A DNA stretch of 64,000 nt from an uncultured bacterium. GTDB taxonomy: Bacteria > Babelota > Babeliae > Babelales > Babelaceae. A program made the translations under genes and the position numbers. The notes beneath the pieces were generated by a model, which was not told where the DNA came from, did not search any database, and worked only from the letters and a program-made list of their open reading frames with translations. Below are positions 7,999-16,105 of the stretch, piece after piece; within the stretch, counting starts at the first letter, position 1; each line of letters begins with the position of its first letter. The stretch covers positions 864,001 to 928,000 of the forward strand of contig CAVRKK010000002.1 of the NCBI GenBank assembly GCA_963722385.1, in the 5' to 3' direction.

Positions 7999-9720
7999 TT
8001 AACTATTTATTGAAACATCTGTAAATATTTTTTCGAAGTGTCTGTAAATATCATCAACATCCTCTTTTGTTCCTTCAAAGAGTATTACTAAGTTACTTCC
8101 TTTAGCGCTTTTGCCCATTGTAAAGTCTTCCACATGCACATGAGGGCCCTTAGTGGGATCCCAATCCAATCTCCATCTGCCTTTTTTCGGAAATTCTCGT
8201 CCGACAATTTTACCCTTACCTATACCTATCCTGCCGAAATGAGGTTGAGAATTAAGTTTCAAAAGACCCAAATGATCCAAGATTTCAAAAGCCTTATCTC
8301 TAGCTTGCTCAAAGGTTTTAACTTTGTCTAAGATTATCTCTCTGCCAGCACCAGCAGCTGCCCTTGCATTTTTGAGAAGCTTTGCTGGAGTAGTTACGAA
8401 ACGAGTGGTAGATGCCTTGCTTATTAATTCCCCAGCTGCTGTACGGGCTCTGAGTTCCGGCAAAGCATAATTTGCTAATGAGGGACCGATGGCAGAAGCC
8501 TTATCTTTCAAATTTTTTAGTTTCTTGCCGGTCTTATTTGCCAAGAATTTTACTGGCCAAAGTATTGTTCTAACGAATTTTAGATTTTTTACATAGGGGA
8601 ATATAATGGCAGCGGCGTGCAATGCCCGTTCGCCGTATCCAATGTCTTGTCCACCTACATAATCCCGGCCAAGGCCAAACTCAGCGGTAGATTTAACGTT
8701 CCCTACAATCGGTACGAAGTCGAGCATGGTTGATACGAGCGGTCGAACGAATGAAGCTAACTCATCATTGAGCATTTCTTGGTTCGCCTGCGCTTGAAAA
8801 GTATCTTCGAGCTTTTGATAAATTTGTTCAGCAACGTCTAAGATATCCGCCGATTGCTGCTCATTAAACAAGTCGAGAAGGTTATCAAAACTCGGTGAAT
8901 CCTCTGGAGCAACATCGGGTGCTGTTTTGGTGGCATCACCCTGTTGCTTGATCAACTCGTAGCTTCCATATAGCTTTTCTACGAAATCTGCTGTTTCTTC
9001 TGACGAAGCTGATTCAACAGGCCACCCCTGACTATATTCACCTGCTTGGTCATCAAGATTAATCTCTTCGAAGTCCTCATTCTCTTCCTGCGCAGCGTAT
9101 CCCTCGGTGCCAGGATATTTTTGATCAAAATCTTCCCTGAGCAGGTCCTTAAGTTCTTCAGTTTTTTCTGCAGGCTGCCCTGATGCCATGTTTTCGGCGA
9201 ACTCTGCTTCATGTGACGTAAACGGCTCTCCCTGCTTCTTTTTCTGCTCAAGGAACTCGTTAAGAAGCTTCTCCTCAGCATCCCGCGCTTGCTGCTTAAT
9301 CTCTTCTCGTTGTTCCGCTGCAGCCTCTTTCATTGTTTGATTGATGGCGTCGAGGTTATTGCCGTCTTCAGCAAATAACTCTTTAATGCGCTGCATCTTC
9401 TGGGCAAACTTTGACGGGTTGATGATTGGTATCACCAAGCGCATAACTGTTTCATCTTCAACATATGTCTCTTGCATCATGCGCATATTGCGATTTAACT
9501 CGGCAATCGCGGCACCCAAAATATCAAGGTCTATGTTTTCGGAAATGGTTGCCCGTGTAATACCGTCTTTCGACTTAGAAGTATAGCGCCCATCAATCAT
9601 GCCATAGAGGCCAAGGTCATCGCCATTGGGTATAAAGCTGGCACCAACACTAAAGCCACGCGTTTCTTTGCCTTCATGAATATCTTCAGAAGCGAGGTGG
9701 CGAGCTTTCGACGGTGGCAT
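7999..9720 (-). CDS. C-terminal part of CdiA-like polymorphic toxin: last hemagglutinin repeat, acidic linker, pre-toxin TG-like domain, RNase-like toxin tip
   Basis: LDFVPIVGNVKSTAEFGLGRDYVGGQDIGYGERALHAAAII resembles PT-TG; tip FEQARDKA..GRIG.GKGKIVGR..WRLDWDPTKGPHVHVEDF..FEG; joins the upstream ORF if one base at ~9706-9709 is removed. Confidence 0.8.
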   Translation of the reverse strand: MPPSKARHLASEDIHEGKETRGFSVGASFIPNGDDLGLYGMIDGRYTSKSKDGITRATISENIDLDILGAAIAELNRNMRMMQETYVEDETVMRLVIPIINPSKFAQKMQRIKELFAEDGNNLDAINQTMKEAAAEQREEIKQQARDAEEKLLNEFLEQKKKQGEPFTSHEAEFAENMASGQPAEKTEELKDLLREDFDQKYPGTEGYAAQEENEDFEEINLDDQAGEYSQGWPVESASSEETADFVEKLYGSYELIKQQGDATKTAPDVAPEDSPSFDNLLDLFNEQQSADILDVAEQIYQKLEDTFQAQANQEMLNDELASFVRPLVSTMLDFVPIVGNVKSTAEFGLGRDYVGGQDIGYGERALHAAAIIFPYVKNLKFVRTILWPVKFLANKTGKKLKNLKDKASAIGPSLANYALPELRARTAAGELISKASTTRFVTTPAKLLKNARAAAGAGREIILDKVKTFEQARDKAFEILDHLGLLKLNSQPHFGRIGIGKGKIVGREFPKKGRWRLDWDPTKGPHVHVEDFTMGKSAKGSNLVILFEGTKEDVDDIYRHFEKIFTDVSINS

Positions 9721-12700
9721 TGGTTGAGTTACTGCTTATATAAGCACCCGTGAGATCTATCGTATCGCCAACATGCACCTCAAGATGCTCGGTGCCCTCA
9801 ATACCTGAAGCTTGGCTAACTTTATGTTCATAGGTCTCTTTTTGAGCATAATATGCGCCACCAGCCGCTGAACCAACATAGGCACTAGCACCGCTCGAAA
9901 AGCTATAGTGCGTATCCTCAACTGATTCCACCATCAGGTTATGCTCAACATTAATGGTTGTAGAGATGCCCTGTACCCGGGCTCCTTTGAGCTCTGCATT
10001 CTTGACATCAATGACAATGGTATCGGCGTTTATCTGCGCATTATCATGCGTCACCGTATATGAAGTGCTTGTCTGCTTTGATGCGTCAACGGTACCACTA
10101 AGCGTTACACCAACACTTTGTGATTGTTGATTAACGGTGACCGTATGTTGTGCTGCAGTTGCTTGGAAGTTCTGTCCCTTAATGGTTGCTTTCTCGGCTT
10201 CTAGGGTTGTTCCGTCAAGCTGAACATCATCGCCACTCTCGATATGGACTTCTTGACCAGAAATATGGCTCGGCACCGTAATGGTTTGCTCGCGGCGTAT
10301 GGTATCATGTGCAATATTGAAATATAAATCAGGCGCGAAGGAGCCTTGTGCATCGGCAATACCCAACCGCACGGCCAAGAACTTGCCGGTGCTTCCTTCT
10401 TTCTGCTTGTACTGATTAAACAAGCGCAAAGCCTCAATACCCATCATCGTTGTGCTTGCAAGGGTGTCAGCAGTGCTTGCCGAACTGGCAAGTCGGTGAA
10501 TAGAGGCAATCAGTGGGTCCTCATCATTGAGCGCCCACAAAGCTCTGCGATATTCTTCGTCGGCAAGCAAACCGAGAGCATCTGAGCCAAAAAAGGTCAC
10601 ACCGAATGACCAGCTATCAGTCATTGATGATGAATGCTGTTTGGCTCCTTTGATAACATTATTGCGCTTGGCAATCAAGTGAATAGGCTGACCTGCATAA
10701 ACAGCCACTGCCTCAAGCACATTGTCCTCGCCCGACTCAAAGGTCACCTTGCCACCAACATTAATCTCAGTTTTGATTATATGGTCCTGCAGATGCTTTT
10801 TGCTGGTAGCATAGAGCCCAAACAAATCAAGCCCCAGCTGCTTCTGCTCGCCTTTAAGCGTTGTGGTCACTACGGCAAGATCATTACTCTTTTTTGCCTT
10901 AAACAAGGCATCACGGATGGCAGTAAAAGAAGCACCATAGCTTTTGATTGAACCATTGGTAGACTCTACCGTAAGATTCTTTCCAGCACCTATCTCTGAG
11001 CGCTCCATAGTCATCGCCTCTTTGACCACTTGCTTAACCGAAAAGCCCTGCAGCGATGTACCGCTATATGATGTATGCTTGTTGGTAAGTGTTTTAAAGA
11101 CGGCATCACCGTATGCTTTCAACTGGACATTCTGAGCGCCAATAATTTTCGATCCCTCATTAAACAGCTTGCCCGTCTCGCTTATAAGCTCAATATTGCC
11201 CTCAGAAGTAATGTTTCCTGGATAAAAATCTACTATTTCCGAAGAGCTTTGATGGCCAAAGAGCCTGCCAAAAAAGCCAGGGTCCCACGTTACGGTATGG
11301 CTTCCCAAAAGAACCGTGTTGGTGATGTCTCCCTGCTTGGCATAGAGCGATACTTTCTGCTTGCCCACAATAGAGCCACCAATGTTCTTAATACCCGCTT
11401 TACCAACGGCATCTTGGGGAACTTCAAGCTCGATATCAAAGCCAATAATATCACCGCCTTCTAACGGCGTGCGCACGGAGTATTTTTTTACCTTATTGGC
11501 TTTGTTAATAATCGTATCTGCTTGTATCTTTACACGATTAATGGCACGAATCATGCCCTTGTTGACGACTCGATGCATCTTATCAATAGTAACATCATGA
11601 GCAAGAAAAGAGCCCATACGCTTATTGGCATCACGGTCTGCTGCACACACATGAAGGACAGGGACTAAACAATCAACACCATCGAATTTTTGAACCTGGT
11701 AATAGATAAATGAAAATGGCAACTCATGTATAAGCTCTTGCGTGAGTATTCCAAGATTTTGGCCTTCTTGTACGTCCGTCATTTTGCTTTTGAGCCATGA
11801 AGGATAACCATTAATTTTATGGCTGTAGCGCTTGAGAAGTCTGGCGAGCTCTTGCTTTTCTTCCTCAGCCAATTCGACCTTGGTTTCTTGCGGCTGATCT
11901 TTCAACGACTTTCGCGGTTTATTGTGTCCCCGTGGTAGCGGCTCCCTTTTCTTCATGTTTCCTATTTTCCTACCATTGACAAGGGCTACGAGATAGCCAG
12001 CACGTTGGAGCTCCCGGAGTTGGGTAGCAAAGTCACCTTCGCCCCCAAGTGCGGGAAGGCCGAGCTCAAATAAAAGCCGAGAGAGTATCTCTACCTGAGA
12101 ACTAAAAGAGAGAAGCATAGCTGGTTTGTTCAAAGTTGTGCCATGAAAAAATGCAAGCTCATTGCCAGGCTGCCATTCTTCTGTGCTCTCTTTTTGTGAA
12201 GGATGGGTAAAGATAAAGCGCGGGTCATTACAGAGAATGGTAGTGGTGGGATCGATAAACTGAGCAAATGAGAGAGAAATTGGGCCATAAGATCTCAGAT
12301 CATCTACGTCGGACTTATGATTATGCATAACCCCTTGCTTGTTTGATGATGAGACATGAGCCTCTTGCCCAATAACAATCTGGCCTGTGCTTTCAAATGC
12401 CGGATAGTGCTTGATATCATGTATCTTCACCGGCTGGCCCTGAAGCATGAGCTTGAAATCTTTGCCCGCTTGCAGGATTGCTACATCGTCGCAGCTTTCA
12501 AAGTAATCAGCCACTGCTCGGGTAACCATGTTTTTGAAGATCCAGCCAGTATCTTCTTTATAGGTCTCACAACGCTTATGATCATTACACTGCGTTAGAA
12601 GCTCAAACTTTTGATCAATATCAGCAATAATATTTTCTTTTGCATGCAGAATGCCGCCATAAATACCAACATGATTGGCAGCAAGAGAGATATTCCCTTG

Positions 12701-13441
12701 CGACCTCACCAATGAGCGCCTTGGCGAGACCATATCGTACTCAACACATGTCCAGGGATACCCGTTATCATTGATAGCACGGTATCGGTTACCCTCAATT
12801 CTTTGCGCTCCGCCATAGAACTGCTTATAGCTGTTTGCTTTGATACGTAGATCTCCCGTTGACGCAAAGCTACCCCTAATTGCCACCGTTCCTTCGTCAA
12901 ATAACAAATCAGCTTTGCCGCCAACATGCCAGTCAGCCTTGGCACCACTCCAGAAAACACCTCGAGGCATAGTAAGCACCAAGTCTTTCTTAAGCAAGAT
13001 CGGCGTCTGGGAGGCAATTCTGCCACTGCCAGACACCTCAAGCGAAAATGAGTCAGCCATCTCAAGCTCGTGAATCGCGATATTGCCTTCGGGATCCATG
13101 GTGAGACAAAAGCAGTTATCGCCTTCTTGAACACGTATTTGTAAATTGCGAGTATCTATGAACGAAAAAGGCTGCGCTAATTCTGATGGCTTGAATGTAT
13201 CACGTACCGCATGTATAACAGCAGCACGTGCAATCTGCTTACCATTCTTGATGATCTTGCAGTGTGTTGCTTTTTCTGGGCTCTCTTGGCCGCGCAGCTT
13301 AGGTATGTGGCGGGATGCTGGTTCGTCACGTGTAATAATTACGTGATAGCCCTCTCGGGGCTCCGTGCTTGCTTGACAATATATTGCTAGTAGAGAAAAA
13401 ATAGAGACAAGAGCATAACGTGTGAAAGCCTTAATAAACAT
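9686..13441 (-). CDS. N-terminal part of filamentous hemagglutinin/CdiA-like exoprotein (frameshifted)
   Basis: Signal peptide; beta-helix hemagglutinin-type repeats (EGSKIIGAQNVQLKA, SEIGAGKNLTVES, AELKGARV); CdiA-like NDPRF and LTQELIHELPFSFIYYQVQKFDGVDCLVPVLH motifs. Confidence 0.8.
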   Translation of the reverse strand: MFIKAFTRYALVSIFSLLAIYCQASTEPREGYHVIITRDEPASRHIPKLRGQESPEKATHCKIIKNGKQIARAAVIHAVRDTFKPSELAQPFSFIDTRNLQIRVQEGDNCFCLTMDPEGNIAIHELEMADSFSLEVSGSGRIASQTPILLKKDLVLTMPRGVFWSGAKADWHVGGKADLLFDEGTVAIRGSFASTGDLRIKANSYKQFYGGAQRIEGNRYRAINDNGYPWTCVEYDMVSPRRSLVRSQGNISLAANHVGIYGGILHAKENIIADIDQKFELLTQCNDHKRCETYKEDTGWIFKNMVTRAVADYFESCDDVAILQAGKDFKLMLQGQPVKIHDIKHYPAFESTGQIVIGQEAHVSSSNKQGVMHNHKSDVDDLRSYGPISLSFAQFIDPTTTILCNDPRFIFTHPSQKESTEEWQPGNELAFFHGTTLNKPAMLLSFSSQVEILSRLLFELGLPALGGEGDFATQLRELQRAGYLVALVNGRKIGNMKKREPLPRGHNKPRKSLKDQPQETKVELAEEEKQELARLLKRYSHKINGYPSWLKSKMTDVQEGQNLGILTQELIHELPFSFIYYQVQKFDGVDCLVPVLHVCAADRDANKRMGSFLAHDVTIDKMHRVVNKGMIRAINRVKIQADTIINKANKVKKYSVRTPLEGGDIIGFDIELEVPQDAVGKAGIKNIGGSIVGKQKVSLYAKQGDITNTVLLGSHTVTWDPGFFGRLFGHQSSSEIVDFYPGNITSEGNIELISETGKLFNEGSKIIGAQNVQLKAYGDAVFKTLTNKHTSYSGTSLQGFSVKQVVKEAMTMERSEIGAGKNLTVESTNGSIKSYGASFTAIRDALFKAKKSNDLAVVTTTLKGEQKQLGLDLFGLYATSKKHLQDHIIKTEINVGGKVTFESGEDNVLEAVAVYAGQPIHLIAKRNNVIKGAKQHSSSMTDSWSFGVTFFGSDALGLLADEEYRRALWALNDEDPLIASIHRLASSASTADTLASTTMMGIEALRLFNQYKQKEGSTGKFLAVRLGIADAQGSFAPDLYFNIAHDTIRREQTITVPSHISGQEVHIESGDDVQLDGTTLEAEKATIKGQNFQATAAQHTVTVNQQSQSVGVTLSGTVDASKQTSTSYTVTHDNAQINADTIVIDVKNAELKGARVQGISTTINVEHNLMVESVEDTHYSFSSGASAYVGSAAGGAYYAQKETYEHKVSQASGIEGTEHLEVHVGDTIDLTGAYISSNSTNATVESSPPRF

Positions 13442-13677
13442 AAAGCCAGTCCTCGGAATAAAAGGTTGCGTACACCCTTCATTACTACCGAGTCCTTGCT
13501 TCTTGTCTATCTCGCTTTAATTTATTGAATATTACCTGATATTTATTAATTAAGCAAATCGGCTTTTTACCAGCGATAATTTTCAATTTTTGATTGTGCC
13601 AAACAGCTCTTTGGTATTAAAATAATCTATTGCTTATAGGGTTTAAGATTTTGCCAGGTTTGTTCGCAAATTTGGGT

Positions 13678-13718
13678 AACGAAAGCCTCTTGCCTTATCA
13701 AGGAAGGAGGCTTTCGTT
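13678..13718 (-). terminator. Stem-loop terminator downstream of 13728..14084
   Basis: AACGAAAGCCTC...GAGGCTTTCGTT inverted repeat. Confidence 0.65.
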
Positions 13719-13727
13719 AATTCTGAT

Positions 13728-14084
13728 CTAATCAATTATAGTTGATTGGTTTCCTGATCCCCAAGAAAGCACCTCAGGAGGATGAGCAAAGACGTAGACA
13801 ACGTGTCCATTTGCATCACACGCAGTTTTGCCAATATAGAATGGGTCCTGCTCGTATCCCTGGACATTAACATAGGAAGCCACCTCAGGAAAAATCCTGT
13901 CAGTACAGCGAACAGCTTTGGTTACTTCATTCCCTTGTTTTTCTTCATGATAGATGCATACACCTTTGAGGCCAAACTTGTTGCCCGATATATCAAGTTT
14001 TCTTGCGATAGCAAAGCTCGAGATACTCCACAGCGACATGCAAAGTAAACTCGCGGTAGCCAATAATTTCATTGTTTTCCTCAA
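13728..14084 (-). CDS. Small exported hypothetical protein
   Basis: 118-aa ORF; signal peptide MKLLATASLLCMSLWSISSFA (probable start 14072); three Cys in the mature part. Confidence 0.65.
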   Translation of the reverse strand: MRKTMKLLATASLLCMSLWSISSFAIARKLDISGNKFGLKGVCIYHEEKQGNEVTKAVRCTDRIFPEVASYVNVQGYEQDPFYIGKTACDANGHVVYVFAHPPEVLSWGSGNQSTIID

Positions 14085-14301
14085 GATTTGTAGTTTTGTT
14101 TACTGATTGGCAAATTATATCATATTTTGTGATTAAAATTCAATGGCGAATCTACGAGTCTGCGGATCAACTTTATGAGTGAGAAACGTTGGCGCTTAAG
14201 CGTACACACAAACTGCTAGATAGGGGAACAAGCAAGCGGTATGGGGTGACTTTTTTAGCTCGGGATTTTAGAATTATGTTATACATACCATCATTTTTCG
14301 A

Positions 14302-14332
14302 CGAAATTTGATTGTTGTATCATCAAATTTCG
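14302..14332. promoter_or_regulatory. Perfect 11-bp inverted repeat between divergent genes (possible operator)
   Basis: CGAAATTTGAT-N9-ATCAAATTTCG; TTGACA/TTGACC and TAAAAT promoter-like hexamers at ~14374-14408. Confidence 0.45.
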
Positions 14333-14415
14333 CCAAAATTTATGAGCTAAATCAAAATTGCTTACATAGACCCTTGACATTGTTGACCATTGATTAATAA
14401 GCTAAAATTAAATAA

Positions 14416-15045
14416 ATGTTTTTTGACTATTTTAAAAAAGAGATGGCTATGTCTATGAAAAAAATAAACCTGGTACTTCTTTTTCTGCTTCTAGGGAACA
14501 GCGTTGCCTGGTCGGCAGAGGAGAGCACTTGGGATAATGCGGCTTTGACCGCTTTGCTAACCAAGGTACCTAATGTAGAAAGCGCGCTTAATACTATAGC
14601 ACAAAGCTTAAATTACCTGGATACGACGTATATTCTTACCCACGTCGATGATGAAGGAAATCCTTATGCTACTGATGATCTGAAGCAAGATGTAAATCTG
14701 CGCTTAATAAACTTTGAGATACGTTTGGCAGCTATGGAAGAGACAGCTGGCTCATTTTGCTTAAGTGAGCAAGAATGTGCTGCGAATTGTCCCAAGGCAA
14801 ATACGCTGACGGCTTATACATGTGGGCCAGACTGTAAAAAGGCGCACCGACTAGCACTGATAAGTACCCTCGAACCAGCCAGTCGTATCAAAGATCTTGC
14901 CAATCGCTTGCTGGCTGTTGCACCATTACTCAATACCACAACACCACCCGCTAGCCTTTCGAATTGCTCAGGTGGTGCCACGCCTAGCACGACACCAACC
15001 GAGCCTAAAAAAGGCGAGACAACGGGACTTTTTAACGGTGGTTAA
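14416..15045 (+). CDS. Exported Cys-containing hypothetical protein
   Basis: Signal peptide MKKINLVLLFLLLGNSVAWS (true start likely a downstream Met); six Cys; Thr/Pro-rich tail. Confidence 0.7.
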   Translation: MFFDYFKKEMAMSMKKINLVLLFLLLGNSVAWSAEESTWDNAALTALLTKVPNVESALNTIAQSLNYLDTTYILTHVDDEGNPYATDDLKQDVNLRLINFEIRLAAMEETAGSFCLSEQECAANCPKANTLTAYTCGPDCKKAHRLALISTLEPASRIKDLANRLLAVAPLLNTTTPPASLSNCSGGATPSTTPTEPKKGETTGLFNGG

Positions 15046-16073
15046 TGATTCTCGTCCCAATCTAATGATCCAGCAGATTGGTATTCGACCACCCTGGTTT
15101 CAAAGAAATTCTTTTCTTTGGTAAGATCAGTTGCTTGTGACATCCACAAGAAAGGATTCTCCGTATAATACACTTTGGGTAATCCAAGTCTTTCCAGGCG
15201 GCGATCGGCAACATATTCAACATAGTGGCCAAACTGTTGCGCATTCATCCCTAGGGTGCCCTGAGGACAGGCGTCAGCGGCATACCGCTTTTCGAGTGTT
15301 ACCGCATGCTTAATGAGGCCAACAATCTCTTCTTGGAAATCTGCTGTCCAAATCTCAGGATTCTCAACGATCACGGTATTGATGAGATCGCAACCATAGG
15401 CAAGATGAATACTTTCATCGCGCATAATATATTCAAATTGTTGGCCAATGCCCACCATCTTGTTTTGACGCTTAAGAGCGAGCATCATAGCAAAACCGGC
15501 GTAAAAGAAAATTCCTTCCATAATGACATAGTATCCGACGAGGTCATGCACGAATTTTCTCATATTTGCAGTACCTTCAGGCACAAAGTTGCTATCAAAG
15601 ATAGAAGCAGTCAACTGAACAACAAATTCATCTTTTTCTTTAATAGAGGGTATTGTCAAATACATGGTATAAATTTCTTCGGGGTCGAGGCCGAGTGAAT
15701 CACAGCAATAAATAAACGTATCAGTATGCACCGCTTCTTCAAATGCTTGGCGTAGCATGTATTGACGGCATTCAGGATTGGTCACGTGCTTATAAACTGC
15801 TAAAACAATATTATTGGCAGTCAAAGACTCTGCTGTTGCAAAGAAGCCAAGGTTCCACAAAATAAGCCGACGCTCTTGGGGTGTAAGAAAGGTTGACGAT
15901 TTCCACTGTTCAATATCCAACTGCATTGAAATCTCTTCAGGGGTCCAATTATTAGCAATGCCGTGCTTATAATGCTCTCGCGCCCATGGGTAACGCAATG
16001 GCAATATCTTATTAGGGTCAACGGCAGCGTTATTAATAATGCCTGCCTTTTTTTCAGACGAAAATGTCGCCAT
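15042..16073 (-). CDS. nrdB: Ribonucleotide-diphosphate reductase beta subunit, class Ic (Mn/Fe, R2c) type
   Basis: NWTPEEI, FFATAESL, EEAVHTDTF, EGIFFYAGF, RDESIH, NFFETRVVEY; start set at ATG 16073 after AAGGA. Confidence 0.95.
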   Translation of the reverse strand: MATFSSEKKAGIINNAAVDPNKILPLRYPWAREHYKHGIANNWTPEEISMQLDIEQWKSSTFLTPQERRLILWNLGFFATAESLTANNIVLAVYKHVTNPECRQYMLRQAFEEAVHTDTFIYCCDSLGLDPEEIYTMYLTIPSIKEKDEFVVQLTASIFDSNFVPEGTANMRKFVHDLVGYYVIMEGIFFYAGFAMMLALKRQNKMVGIGQQFEYIMRDESIHLAYGCDLINTVIVENPEIWTADFQEEIVGLIKHAVTLEKRYAADACPQGTLGMNAQQFGHYVEYVADRRLERLGLPKVYYTENPFLWMSQATDLTKEKNFFETRVVEYQSAGSLDWDENH

Positions 16074-16105
16074 AACGGTCATCCTTAACGTTAATAATTT
16101 GTTAG

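Noticed and set aside
7652..8002. 116-aa plus-strand ORF
   Set aside because: Antisense to the toxin operon with a TTG start; better explained as the shadow of the decayed minus-strand immunity gene
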